A stretch of DNA of 64,000 nucleotides from Selaginella moellendorffii (GCF_000143415.4 NW_003314350.1:682001-746000); one strand, 5' to 3'. Shown: positions 44,399 to 57,563, counted from the stretch's first letter. Notes: generated by a model from the letters alone, not told the origin. Numbers and translations are program-made.

Positions 44399-45806
44399 TC
44401 AGCTGTGAGCCATTGAGCGGGAAAGCACCTTTGAGTACTTCTGGATGTGGTGCTTGGCTCTTGCGTTGGACATCCAGCTCTCGATCTAGCAAAAACCACG
44501 AAAAAAATCACACCGACCGATCGATCGCGCGAAGAACTTTGTCTGGAGAGAAGAAGTAAAAGGAAAGATCACGACGTACCTGTTTGGTCTGCAATCCGGT
44601 TTGGATCACCAGATCGGTTTTCTCCTCCGCGCTCGGGTATGGATTCTCCCTGTTCGCGTCGAGCCACATCGCGAGGATCTCCTTGGCTCTGGCAGGAAGC
44701 TTTGCGACTGGCCTCTTCCTCTCGTATCCAGTCCGGCGGCGGCGGCGCTTGGGAGAAGCAATGGGTGGCGAGAGTGGTGGTGACATCTCGGACTCTCGAT
44801 CGAATTCGTCCCTGGCACGCTTGGAGCTCGCGAATTTTGTGCTGCTTCTCTTCTTCTTGGGTTCGTGCTCCTGCTGCTGCTCGACTGGTTTGTAGGCCGA
44901 GTGGAACTCGGTGGCGGTGTCGCAGCACGATGAACTGTTGTTCACGGAGAGGCTGCAAGAGTCCACCACTGATTCCGCGAGTAGAGGCGTCGACTGATCC
45001 AGCATCGTGTAGTTGTCCTTCGAGAGTAAGCTGAGCTCCACGAACCGATCCAGTCTTGGGCTTTGAAGTTTCTTCTCGGTTCCATGATATCCAGGCACTG
45101 CTGACGATCGAGTGTCGGTCCATGTCCTCTCGCAGTCTAATTCTTCTGCTAGATCTTGTTCCCGATAGTTTCCTTCTTCCTCATGGATCTCGGTGATCTC
45201 CACGCCGGGATGAGCTTGCATGTCGGCATCCTCGTAGAGGATCCCATCCTTCGTCAAGTTGAGTGCGTAAGACATTGTCGACGACTCCTCTCGCATGACT
45301 CCACTCACCAGCGTTGGTTGATCGTATACTGGAAATAGCTGGAAGTCACCGCTACCGTGATCGCCACCATGACCTTCCGCCATAGAATCGTTTGGAAAGA
45401 GTGGAATCTCGCTGCTCAGAGAAATCTGTGCTTGCTGTGTCTCCAGCGCCTCCGGAATCCCATCCAGAGCCAGTAGCGGGATCTGCATTTGCCGGAGAAC
45501 CGCGTGGATCGCTGAGTGATCACACCCCATTCCATCCTGGAACAATCCCCCGTGATCCTTGATGTTGAGCACGACCTGGATTGTGCTCTGCTCCTCGGTC
45601 CTCGCCGTCCAGCCCTGCGCCGCCTGATCGGCCGAAGCGAAGCACGCGGCGGTCGTCTCCATGAAGATTCCAGTCTCGCCGGCCTCGTTCCAGTAGGACG
45701 ACTCGCCCTGTTCTTGCTGCGGCGCCGGCGCGGGATCGCGATTCACGAGATCTTGAGCGTCTTCCTCCGATGTCCAGGAAGCGAACTCGAAATAATCGTC
45801 CGCCAT
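44399..45806 (-). CDS. Atypical TALE-class homeodomain protein with a long acidic N-terminus (2 exons)
   Basis: LPARAKEILAMWLDANRENPYPSAEEKTDLVIQTGLQTKQ|IESWMSNARAK; basic PKRRRRR before the homeodomain. Confidence 0.82.
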
Positions 45807-46922
45807 GGATACCGCTGCGCAGCACCGGATCGATCACGTAACGATTCAAGCGCAGAGAGCAAGAATCCGTACCTTGCGCAGCATCGACCGATTCCAGCTC
45901 CAGGATCGGCAGCGCTGCGTCGTCCGCCTCCATCGCCACCAAGAAATGCCCGAAATATCAGGGTTTTCCCGCGCGAGCGTTCTAGGGCGCCCATAAACCC
46001 TAAAAACAGGGCCAGTTTTTAACCATGCAATAATTCCAAAACGTTGGAACGGGTAAAAAGATAAAAAATTGCGACGATCTCATCCTCTATGTTGCGGTTG
46101 TTTTGTCCGCGAAGCTCTCCACGAAGTTGCAAGAAACGTGGTGGCCCAAGCTAGCTAGGGGCGAAAGTAAAAACTCCAATTTACCTCCCTCATTTAAACT
46201 TTTTCACCCTGTAGCAATTTTCCTTGCTTCTTTGTCCTCCATCGCGAAGGTACCAGGAAGAATTGTCCACCCTATAGCTTTGTCCAAAAGTGTGTGCGCC
46301 CGGCCCATTCCAAGCAGCACGCAACATGGCCCATTCCGGGCGAAGAGTCGACCACGCAACCTACCAAAGGAGAGAGACGACCGTACCTATCAATTAATCA
46401 AGACCGTACTTATCTCTTTAGGGCTGTGATGAAGCTGCCAGGAAATTGCCGCGTCAGCTAGGCGATAAGACACTGCGATTTCCGGCACCTGCCGCGAAGG
46501 CGCCATTGGCCTTCTTTCCGGCAAGTTGCCGGTAGGTGCCACATTCCGGGGCATATGCCTGCCACGTGGTGGGCCCCGAACGATTTCCATGTGCGCAATG
46601 TGTGTTTCGGTTGAACGAGACCTCCCGCGCTAATGTAAAAGATATAGCGCTGGAAAGAAGGGCGTTAAAGAAAGGGCCAGGTGGAAGCCCCCAGGAAACT
46701 TCTTCCCGTGTGCTACACTGGCGCTGTTATAAACATTAGAGAGGCCCGGCCAAGGAAGCAATACACGAAGCCGGCCTAGGGTTTTATATTTTGGGGGTTC
46801 TTTCTCCGCCTTCCTCGATCGATAGCTAGAACAGGAGCGTTATGGCGGTGATTCTCGCGAGAATGGAGCTTTGATTCGTTAGAAGAGCGAGAAATCGAGT
46901 GGATCGTGCGGGAAATTTCAGG

Positions 46923-48669
46923 ATGTCGAGGGCTAGAACGGATTCCAAGCTCTTTAGAAGCACCGGGAGCGTAGGAAAGCCAGGGAGGAAACCAGCGGTG
47001 GGAGGGTCGCCTGTGGCAGCGGCCGCGGCGTCCTCCATCCCGGTCAAGGAGTCGCCAGATTCCAGCCAGCAGGTGGATCCGGATTTGACGAGAGCGCTCA
47101 AGCAGATCTTCGAGGTGAGGAACTGCAAGCTCAAAGATCACGGCAGCAGCCACAACAATAACAGTAACAGCAGTAGCAAGAACAGTAGCGAGGAATCGTG
47201 CCTGACTTTATTTGGGAGGAAGCTGGCCTCGCCGTCGTCCAGTCTGGATGGATCCGACGGGAACACGAAGAATGTGGCAAATCAGTACTCGCGGCAAGGG
47301 ACGGACAAGCTTCCTCCTGCTGCCACGGCTCATCTTCTCAAGGAGCTCCACAAGCAAAGGCTCAAACAAAGGGGTAAGTTTTTCATAGCAGTGAAAAGTA
47401 TATCTAAACGATTTTTCGGTTTGGATTTCTTAGGAATCACTGCCTCGGCCAACGATTTCCCAGACATGGGCGAGATTGAGTTCGTCCACACTGAGAGAAG
47501 ACCGGAAGTGTCGACGCTACCACTTCTCAACAATTTACAGGAGAAGAGACCTCTGGTAAGTTTTTGTGACTTGGATCGACGAGGAGACGAAGACTCATGG
47601 GTTGTTTTTCAGGAAAATGCCTCGGATTGCAGCCCTGAAGCAAAGAGGCAGCGGATCGAGAAGGATAAAAGCCTGGATCTGAGTCTTTCGGTGGAGTTTG
47701 GTTCACCAGATGAAGCAGCTCGAGATTCGAACAATACCCAAAGCATGGACATTGCTGCTGAGGAGGAGAGGTAAGACTTTTGAGGAAATTTCTTCTTTTT
47801 GTTAGGCAGTCGTGACTGAAGCTTGTTTGCTCTCTCAGGACACATGCAACCGTGAAGGATCCGGAGCAGCTCACACTCTTCTACAATGGCCAAGTCCTCG
47901 TGTACGACGACGTTCCATCCGATAAGGTGGGTTCCTTTGTGCCTTTTGCTATCGTGGAACTGTGTATTAACCCTTCGGTTTTTGCTCTTCAGGCTAAAGC
48001 GATCATGGTGTTGGCTAGTAGCATCAGCTCAAAGACATCATGCTATACTCCTTGCCTTGCTGCGGCTACTGCCGCTGCGGCGAAGGCTACCGGTGCTGCT
48101 ACTGCTCCGCCTATCGTAGTTCCAACCACGGCAAAAGCATCTAACTCGTTGTACCCATCACCAAAGGGCACCACTCCAGCGGCAGACAAACGCTCATCGT
48201 CAAACGGTAAGCCCGTGCTTTTTGACTCCCACGCATCCGAGCTGACCTCGATCCTCCTCGCGTTACAGACGTCCAAGCAAGGAAGGCATCCATTAGCAGA
48301 TTCCTGGTCAAGAGAAAAGACAGGTGTGTATCTCACCACCATCTCGCCAAGACCGAGGATCAAACTCGGTGTTTATGTGTGACTTAACTGACGCTTTCTG
48401 TTGTGCTTTCCAGGCTGTCTGCCAAGCCAGCCGAGAAGGCCGAGGCGTCGTCAAAGTCGTCCGCGAAAGACATATCGCAGCGCTCGAGAAGCCCGTCACC
48501 GGCAGCGTCGAGCAGTCCCGTGACGCCCCCCAGGGCCTCGCCTCCCAGGCTCGTCGACGAGCTCAAGCTCCAGCTAGAAAAGGGGGAGATGCTCAAGAGA
48601 TCCATCCCGGCAAATGCTGGATCAGCAACAGCAGCAGCAGCAGCACCGAGGCAGTGGATTGGTGTGTAG
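46923..48669 (+). CDS. TIFY/ZIM protein with a divergent Jas motif (JAZ-like), about 7 exons
   Basis: QLTLFYNGQVLVYDDVPSDK|AKAIMVLA; QARKASISRFLVKRKDR followed by the Jas intron; LDLSL and LKLQL EAR-like motifs. Confidence 0.88.
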
Positions 48670-51600
48670 AGGCGGTGGAGATGATTCGCAGTGCCAAGTT
48701 TTAAAGGTTTTGGACTGTGGAAGGCAGCAGCAGCAAGCTAAGAACAGGCCAAACTCAGACACACACACACACAGACACTCTCCTCTTTACCAAGTGAGAA
48801 AACAAAGAGAGTATAGCTTATATTTGATACTTATAACTCTTCTCTTCCAAAATTCTTGTGTATTTCTCTCTCTTTCTCTAGTTTTTTTCTCATCTGGACA
48901 GCATATTCGCTTGATGGATGGACGGATGGATGGAAGGTTGATCACAAACAATGCCCTCGGAAAGATTGTGGAGGGTTGCTTTGTATAGAACAGACAAAAG
49001 CAAAGAAAAATTCTTTGATTAAAACTCTTTGAACGTTCTTCCAAGCTTCTAAAAAATGGGTTGTTTGGCGATCGCTCTCTGTGGATTTGAATAGATCATT
49101 CGCAGCACGAGATGTTTGAATGTTTGAAAGTTTGACACTGGGCTGGCTGGTGCTCGCTGCTTCCAGCGCGTGCGCTGGTCCTACCATTCCAGACTACTAA
49201 GAATTTCTAAGGCTGTGTCCCAAAAAGGCACATTTAGACCGGCGCTTTCTCTGAGGGGGCGGGGGTGGACAAAAGTAGAGGCGTGAGTGCATGGAAGCTT
49301 CGAGGTTTGGTTGCCTAAAGTTGAGTCGCCACACTAGGAGTCAGTGTTTTGTGTTGCGCCAAGAGGAAGGAGAAGAGAAGAAGATTGGGTTTGAGTGGCC
49401 CACTCACACTACAACATGCACATACTCTTTCTTGCTATTGGTCCACCACCAAATTTTACACTTCTCTGCAAACATCAGGTATATAACTATGTTGTTTAAT
49501 TTTATTAACAAGGAAAGATATTTGATTATACTAACCAAGATATATAAAAATATCATAATATTTCCAATCTCAGAAATATCAAGTTCTTCTTCTGAAGATA
49601 TTTTGCAAGAACTGCAGAGCAAAGTAATAAATTTTATTAAAACAAAACTAAATGATCTGACTAATATTTGAGTTCATATTGCATTATTTCTCAAATTCTT
49701 GACATTAAATATTCAACAATTATATATTTTAGCTTACAACTAATTCTTCATTTTGCACTTTTACCAAATAAATGTGATTGTAAAGCAAAAGAAAATTAGT
49801 TCAAATACTAAAAATTAACTCTTAAACTATTCTTATTTAGGCTCAAAAATAATATTTACTCCAGAATCTTTCTACTTCTAGAGAATACTTAAGTTAATAA
49901 TTTTTATATTATTTTGAAATTAAATTTTTTATTTGTAAGAAAATTGTACACTGTATATAAAAGTGAGGTATAATTTCCTTAATTCCTTACTTAGAAAAAC
50001 TAAGAAGCAAAATATAAAAACTAATTAGATATCATTTCTTACTTAATATAATTAAAAATTATAATTAGATTTATGAGTGCTTGGGATATAGGAATAAGTA
50101 TGTTAGTGAACTCTACTTATATACAATGATGGATGGACCAAATTCAGTCACAAATGAATAATTTATATACTATAATACTATAATTAATATATTATCTAGC
50201 TAGGGTAACATATATGTGTGTGTGTGTCTATATATATATATATATATAAACCTTATTTATGTATTATGTATTTACAAACCTTACATCATTCTCCCCTCTA
50301 GAAGATGAAAAGGTGATGATAATAATTCAAGTAGAAAATCTAAAATTTTTACTAAGTGATTATAAATTACCACAAGAATTTGAAGTTCCCACAAAACTAT
50401 TAACAAAGTTGTTGATAACCATGACTGAAATAAAACCCCAAAACCATGGTATAAATATCAGTCGATTACAGAATTCTAATGAACCAATTGCAACTCCAAT
50501 TGCAACTCCCAAATGCTCAAATTAACCATGTAATCATAACTTTGAATTGATGTAAGAGACTTTGAGAGCCATTATAATCTATAGAACACTATTAAAGCAA
50601 ATAATACATCACATTATTAAGTTTGTCTATCGACAATCCTCCAAAACCACCATTAATTTAGACTTAGGACTATAAGTAAAACCATTGTCCTTATCCAATA
50701 CTACATATAAGAAGTTAAACTCACTCTATTTATCTTCCACATCTTTTTTATCCTCTTATCAAAAGAAAAAAAGTTCTAAAGCACTAATTCCATTTGGACT
50801 TGTTGTGCTTATCCTCACTCCACAATCTATATCATTTGTCCTTGCTCTAGTACCATATTCACTTATCCTCACTCTATTGTTAGGGTTAGACTTCTATCCA
50901 TCCCTTTTACCCCCTTCTCCAAACAAAAAAAAGTTTAAAATGTTGGGGCAAAAAGAAGAAAATGAAAAAAAATTTGAGGAAAAACAATTGTGGAAAAAGA
51001 AAAAGTGGATAAAGAAGCATCGAAAGAAGAATTTACAATAGCTAACAATGTAAAAATAAGGAAATCAAAAGAAGAACATATGCTCAAAACTTGGAAAATA
51101 AGCGACTTCCTATCCAAATACCATAATATAAGCAAAAGATTCACACTTTTCAACCTTTTTAATATATAATTTAACATTTGAAATATGAAAACTAATAGAA
51201 ATGTCCACACTCTTAATAAAACATATAAACTCCTTTGCACCAATGATAAAATGAAGGCTCTGAGTGATACTCACAATTAAAGACATGTAGTTAACTTAAA
51301 TCTTTGGCCAAAGTGATCCAATCCTTGGAATAGGGGATACTCAACATCAAAATTGATCAAAGTTTTCATTAATAAAAAAAAAGCAAAATTCTCAACTTCA
51401 TGCACATACTTAACATCCAGATTAATATGAGGACATAACACTCAACTCAACATTGGATTGAGAATGAAAATCATAAGGGTCATAAATGATTGATGTGCTA
51501 AGAGAAGAAAATATTGCAAATGAGGAAAAAATACTAAAAACATGAGAAGGTGGCTCAAGTCGAGAAATAAAATTAAAAATTAAAAAATAGCAGATTATAA

Positions 51601-51998
51601 TCAAGCTTATCATCACAATCCAAAATCCATTTGAGCTCGTACACATTGTTTTCCCATAAATTCAATCCTTAAACATTTTCCAAGAACTAGATTGCATCAT
51701 TCATAGTTCGCTAATCAACGTCATCATCACGCTTCACATCAATGGGAGATAGTAGAACACCAAGAAGAGAACAATTATATAATCATGTCTTATGGAAGTT
51801 GGAAACAACAACACACTAAGGATAGGTATAATACTAACATGAGCACACCCCACAACACCAAAAGTTCAATCCAATGGAGTAGCATTAATAACTTCAAGTG
51901 ATATACTCCTTGATTGATGACTATATGGCATGATAGAAAAAGAGAATGTAATGAAAATCAAAAGAAAGAGTAGAGATAGCTAAAGTTCTAGATCTTAC

Positions 51999-52384
51999 TA
52001 TCAGGAATCCCCCAATTCTTGCCACATTCCTGACTCTCGCCGGATTCCTGACCTGCAGACCACATTCTTGACTTTCGAGACACTTCCCTATTCCTAACTC
52101 TCGAGACACTTCCCTATTCCTGACTCTCGAGACACTTCCCGATTCCTGAGTCTCGAGCCACATTCCTGATGATGATGTGGCGCCTCCTTAACCTCAGCTA
52201 TATTTAGGCCGTCCTCGATCTAAGAGTGGTGGAGCTTCATCAACCTATAATATATATAGGTTAGCCTTGTTCCATTTCTCCACAATCTGAATCAACACCA
52301 GTCTAAGGCCTCTTCTTTGTTTCCACTAGCTTTTCTCTTTGTCTTTAGCATTTTCTAGTCTTGATCTTGTTGGGGGTCTTGACA
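51999..52384 (+). repeat. 5' LTR (TG mutated to TA) with internal ~22-bp tandem repeats and a TATA box near 52246
   Basis: Near-identical to 57196-57563; unit TTCCTGACTCTCGAGACACTTCCC. Confidence 0.95.
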
Positions 52385-53425
52385 GTTTGATTCAGATTGT
52401 GGTTTTTGCTTTTCTTTTAGCTCGTTTTGATTATTTGATTGCTTTTGTCTTTTTCCCCCTTTCTTTTCTTTCTTTTTGCCAATGGAGTCTCCAAGCCATC
52501 CTGATTTCTTTGCTGAAGTCCTTGCAAAAATCCAGTCTGAGAATACCGAGCTGAAGGCGACCCTTCTTCGCATGCAGCAGGAGCTTGCTTCACTTTTGGC
52601 TCAAGGATCCAGCAAAGTTCCTGAACCGAAGGTGAGTTTCCCGGCGAAATTTTCAGGCAAGCGTTCGGAGCTTCGTGGATTTTTGAACCAAATGGAGCTG
52701 ATCTTTGCACTTCAACATCGGCAGTACCCCACTCCCGAGTCTCAAATTGGCGCGATTGGGACATTGCTCGAGGGTGTAGTTTTTTCATGGTTTTCTCCTC
52801 TTCTGGAGAAGAGCATGAAAGGGGTCGTGGTTCCGGAGCTGATGGATCTTCAAATGTTCAAAGAGAAGCTCGAAGCATGTTTTGGCGAGACGGATCGGGT
52901 TTGGGCTGCTACCACAAAGATGAGACGTCTCTCTCAGGGGTCTCGTCCTGCCTCGATCTACGCTGCAGAGTTCCAACTCCTTGCCTTGGACACTCAGTGG
53001 GATGAGTGGGCCCTGATTGACTAATTTCGTTTCGGCCTCAACAATGGTGTCAAGGATTTGTTGCTCACCATGGAGGATCCCAAGGACCTGTCGGACGCCA
53101 TCAACAAAGCTGTTCGATGTGACAATCGTCTCTTTGAACGTCGTCAGGAAAGTCGCCGCGCCGCTGTTTTTCCGTCCCAGACTCAGGAATCCCAGCTTGA
53201 GTCTTTGGGGCATAGTCCTGAACCTACTGCTCCGGTCCCGATGGATATTTCTGGTACTCCCCGACTCATTAGAGGGAAGTTGAGTCCTGCTGAGAGGCAA
53301 CGTCGAATATCTCATAATCTTTGCCTCTACTGTGCTGATCCTAATCACAAAGCAGCTGTGTGTCCCAGGAAGCCTCCCCGATTGCTTGAGTTCACTCTGC
53401 CTCAAAGTCCACCTCTGTTGCAGTC

Positions 53426-53510
53426 GGGAAACGACCCTGTCCAAACAGAGTAGGAGCTGTCTGTTTGGACTCCCCAAATAAAAATCACTTTTCTTCCTTA
53501 TCAAGCTCCT
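53426..53510 (+). promoter_or_regulatory. -1 ribosomal frameshift signal (GGGAAAC + stem/pseudoknot)
   Basis: G GGA AAC in the gag frame, pol in the -1 frame, 6-nt spacer, 11-bp stem 53439-53449/53460-53470; loop AGGAGCT complementary to AGCTCCT at 53504-53510. Confidence 0.85.
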
Positions 53511-56500
53511 CACCACCTTTCATCAAAGCCACCACCAATTCCCGCAACTTCTGCGTCCCATGTCTCCTTTCTTTCACCGGACAATCAGGACTCAAGGCTT
53601 TGGCGCTACTGGACTCGGGTGCAACTTCTTGCTTCATGGACACGGACTTTGCTGCCCGACATCACGTTCCTCTTTCTCCTACCATACGGGATTTGAGGGT
53701 TGAAGGCATCGGCGGGCATTTTGTGTCTCCATCTTCTGGACTTAGGGAAACGTTGCCCATTCGAGTACACATTCGGTCCACTGTCACCGATATCGCCTTC
53801 AACATCATCAACAGCAAGTCCTCCTCTGTGGTGCTCGGTCTTCCTTGTTTCCAACTACATCAGCCTCAGATCTGTTGGAAGGAATTACAGCTCATCTCTC
53901 CCACGGCTTCCCCTGCTATTCATCGAGTCCGAATCAGGAAAAGTTCCCTAAACTCGAATCAGGGTTCTATTCCTGACTCTATAAAGTTTTCACCCTCTTC
54001 TTTTTCCTCTCTTCCATCTTACACTGGACCATATCCTCGTCTCATCATTCCATTTAGTCGTACACCTCCTCCTATCTCCACAATCACTATGAAAGAACTC
54101 CTTCATGAAGAACCTCTTTTTTTTTTTGCTTTGCATGTTTCTCCTGTCAGTCTTCCTGAGAAGTATCATGATTTTGGGGATGTGTTTGACAAGAAAAAAG
54201 CTAGTGTACTGCCTGTTCATTGGCCTTATGATTGTCCCATTGATTTACAGGAAGGAGCGTCACCTCCGTGGGGGCCTATCTACGGGTTATCCCTGTTTGA
54301 GCTTAAGGCCCTCAAAGAGTACGTGGATGAGAACCTTGCCTCAGGCTACATTCAGCATTCGCAGTCCCCGGCTGGAGCGCCTGTCTTCTTTGTCAAGAAG
54401 AAGGATGGGAGCTTGCGACTAGTCATCGACTACCGAGGTTTGAACAAGGTGACTGTTCGGAACCGTTATCCGCTGCCCCTGATCTCGCACCTGTTGGAAC
54501 GCCTCGGCGGTGCCCGCTTCTTCACCAAGATCGACCTCCGTGGAGCATACAACCTGATTCGGATCCGGCCTGGTGATGAATGGAAGACTGCGTTTTGAAC
54601 CCGCTATGGCCACTTCGAGTACACTGTCATGCCATTTGGCTTGACAAATGCTCCAACAGTTTTCCAACACATGGCGAATGACGTCTTTCGGGAGTTTCTT
54701 GATCAGATGGTGATCGTCTACCTCGATGACATCCTCATCTACTCAAAAACTCAGGAGGAGCATGACGAACATGTACGCAAGGTGCTCGCGAAGCTGCGAG
54801 AACACGGCCTTTACGCGAAGCTTGAGAAATGTTCCTTTGATCAGCAGTCTGTGGAGTTCCTTGGGTACATTGTCACTCCTGAAGGTATCACGATGGATCC
54901 TGCCAAAGTCAAGACTATTCTCGAATGGGAGCCTCCACAATCAATGTCAGATGTTCAGGTTTTCCTTGGCTTCGCCAACTTCTACTGCAAATTCATTGAT
55001 CACTACTCTGACATTGTCCTTCCTCTCACACATCTCACTCGCAAGGATGTTCCCTTCTCTTGGTCTGCTGCTGCCTAGCAGGCTTTCGACACACTCAAGG
55101 CGGCCTTCAGTTCTGCTCCTGTCTTGATCCATGCTGATTCCTCACAACCTTTCTTCATCGAGGCTAATGCCTCCGACTTTGCCATTGGTGCTGTGCTGTC
55201 TCAACTCAGAGCGGATCACGAACTTCATCCGGTCGCTTTCCATTCTTGGAAGTTCCAGCCTACGGAGATCAATTACGAAATCCACGACAAGGAGCTCCTT
55301 GCCATCGTGGATTCCTTTGGAGAGTGGCGCTGTTTCTTGGAGGGGGCGAGCCATCAAACAACAGTCTGGACGGATCACAAAAATCTTGAGTACTTTGCCA
55401 CTTCCCGAGTTTTAAGCCGTCGTCAAGCAAGGTGGGCACAATTCCTGAATCGGTTTGACTTTGTTATCAAGTACAGACCTGGAAAGTTTCAAGGCCTTCC
55501 TGATGCTCTTTCAAGGCGCTCCTATCTCAGTCTCAGGCCTGGTAATCCTGCCTTCGATCAACAAGATCAAGTTATCCTCGGTCCTGATCGGCTTCAAGTT
55601 ATGGCAATTTCCCTGGCCCCTCAGGACTCCTCCTTGATGGATGCAATCAGAAACGATCTTCAATCTGATGATCTCGCTAGCGACATTTTCCCCCATCTTC
55701 AGGCTGGACACCCAGTGACTCCCGATTGCCGGCGATTTGACGAGTTCGAGTTCTTAGATGGCTTATTGTACCGTGGGGAGCAGCTTTACGTTCCTGAAGG
55801 TGATGCTCGAAGGTTGGTCCTGATGGCGTGCTACGATAGCCCGACTGCTGGTCACTTTGGCATTGCGAAAACCTATGAGCTAGTTGCACGGGACTTTTGG
55901 TGGCCTCACATGGACGACTACATCAAAGCTTTTGTTACCTCCTGTGACACTTGTGCCCAGAATAAGGTACCTCGCCACCTTCCTTTAGGTTTGCTTCGTT
56001 CCCTTCCGGTCCCTTCAGGTCCTTGGGAATCCATCTCCATGGATTTCTTGAGTGATCTTCCGAGTTCTTGAGGCTTCAACAACATTTTAGTCGTGGTGGA
56101 TCGCTTCACAAAGATGGCGCACTTCTTGCCATGTACCAAGGAGTTTTCGGGCGAGGATATGGCAAAACTGGTATTCAGGGAAATTTTCCGACTTCATGGG
56201 ATTCCTACAGATGTGGTTTCGGATTGAGGGCCTCAGTTCATCTCTCATTTCTGGCAACGGTTTTTGCAGCTGCTTGGAGTGAAGGCCAACCTCTCTTCGG
56301 CATATCATCCTCAAACTGATGGGCAGTCCGAGCGAACGATTCAGACGTTGGAACAATTCTTGAGGTGCTTCATCAACTATCATCAGGATAACTGGTTCGA
56401 TATCCTTCCCCTTGCTGAGTTCTCCTATAACAACTCTGTTCACTCCTCTCTTCGAGTTTCCCCCTTCTTTGCGAACTCTGGCCGAAATCCCCGATTCAAT

Positions 56501-57195
56501 CTCTCACTTCCTTCTCCATCTGAATCCTCTCGTTCAAATCCCCGCTCTGAATCATTTATCTCCAACCTCCAAGAAATCCACAACTCCATCTCCTTCCACC
56601 TCCATCATGCTCAGGAATCTCATAAAACATTTGCCAATGTCCATCATCAGGATTGTCCCCCTTACAATATCGGGGATAAAGTCTGGCTCCTCAGGCGAAA
56701 TATCTCCACCACCAGGCCCTGTCCAAAACTCGATTTCAAACGCCTTGGTCCTTTCCCTATCACTGCCATCATTAATCCTGTCACTTATCGCCTTGCACTT
56801 CCCTCCTCATATCAAATTCACCCCATTTTTCACTCCTCTCTCCTTGAGCCTTATATTCCCAGTCCTATTCCAAATCGGGTCATTCCTCCGCCTCCACCAG
56901 TGCAGCTCGAGGATGGGTCTGAGTACGAGGTTCAGGACATCCTTGATTCCAAGATTTCACGGTCTAAACTCTACTATCTGGTGAACTGGAAGGGTTACGG
57001 ACCTGAGGAACGCACTTGGGAACCTGTGGACAACCTGATTCATTCTCCTGACCTTGTTCAGGACTTCCACCGCCGCTATCCTTCTCATCCCAGTCCTCAT
57101 TCTTTTTCTCCATCTCCCATCCCTCGCCACTCATCTCATCCTCCTCTTCGTTCTCGTTCACATCCTCGTTCCACTCGTTCTTGAGGAGGGGGTGC

Positions 57196-57563
57196 TGTTA
57201 GGAATCCCCCAATTCTTGCCACATTCCTGACTCTCGCCGGATTCCTAACCTGCAAACCACATTCCTGACTCTCGAGACACTTCCCTATTCCTAACTCTCG
57301 AGACACTTCCCTATTCCTGACTCTCGAGACACTTCCCGATTCCTGAGTCTTGGATGTGGCGCCTCCTCAACCTCAGCTATATTTAGGCCGTCCTCGATCC
57401 AAGAGTGGTGGAGCTTCATCAACCTATAGTATATATAGGTTAGCCTTGTTCCATTTCTCCACAATCTGAATCAACACCAGTCTAAGGCCTCTTCTTTGTT
57501 TCCACTAGCTTTTCTCTTTGTCTTTAGCATTTTCTAGTCTTGATCTTGTTGGGGGTCTTGACA
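57196..57563 (+). repeat. 3' LTR
   Basis: TGTTAGG...CTTGACA, followed by the TSD CTTAC. Confidence 0.95.

Larger units (their letters stand above)
51999..57563 (+). mobile_element. Full-length Ty3/gypsy chromovirus (Tf1/sushi/Tcn1-like): gag, PR, RT, RNase H, IN, chromodomain; inactivated by in-frame stops
   Basis: LTRs 51999-52384 and 57196-57563; 5-bp TSD CTTAC; PPT 57183-57195; CLYCADPNHKAAVC, LLDSGAT, YLDD, HPQTDGQSE, GPF, YEVQDIL...YLVNWKGY. Confidence 0.97.

Noticed and set aside
52020-52170. Regularly spaced ~22-bp repeats resembling a CRISPR array
   Set aside because: Tandem units with no unique spacers, inside an LTR, in a eukaryote.
53451-53453. Stop-codon read-through between gag and pol
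   Set aside because: pol is in the -1 frame, and a slippery site plus stem explains the junction better.
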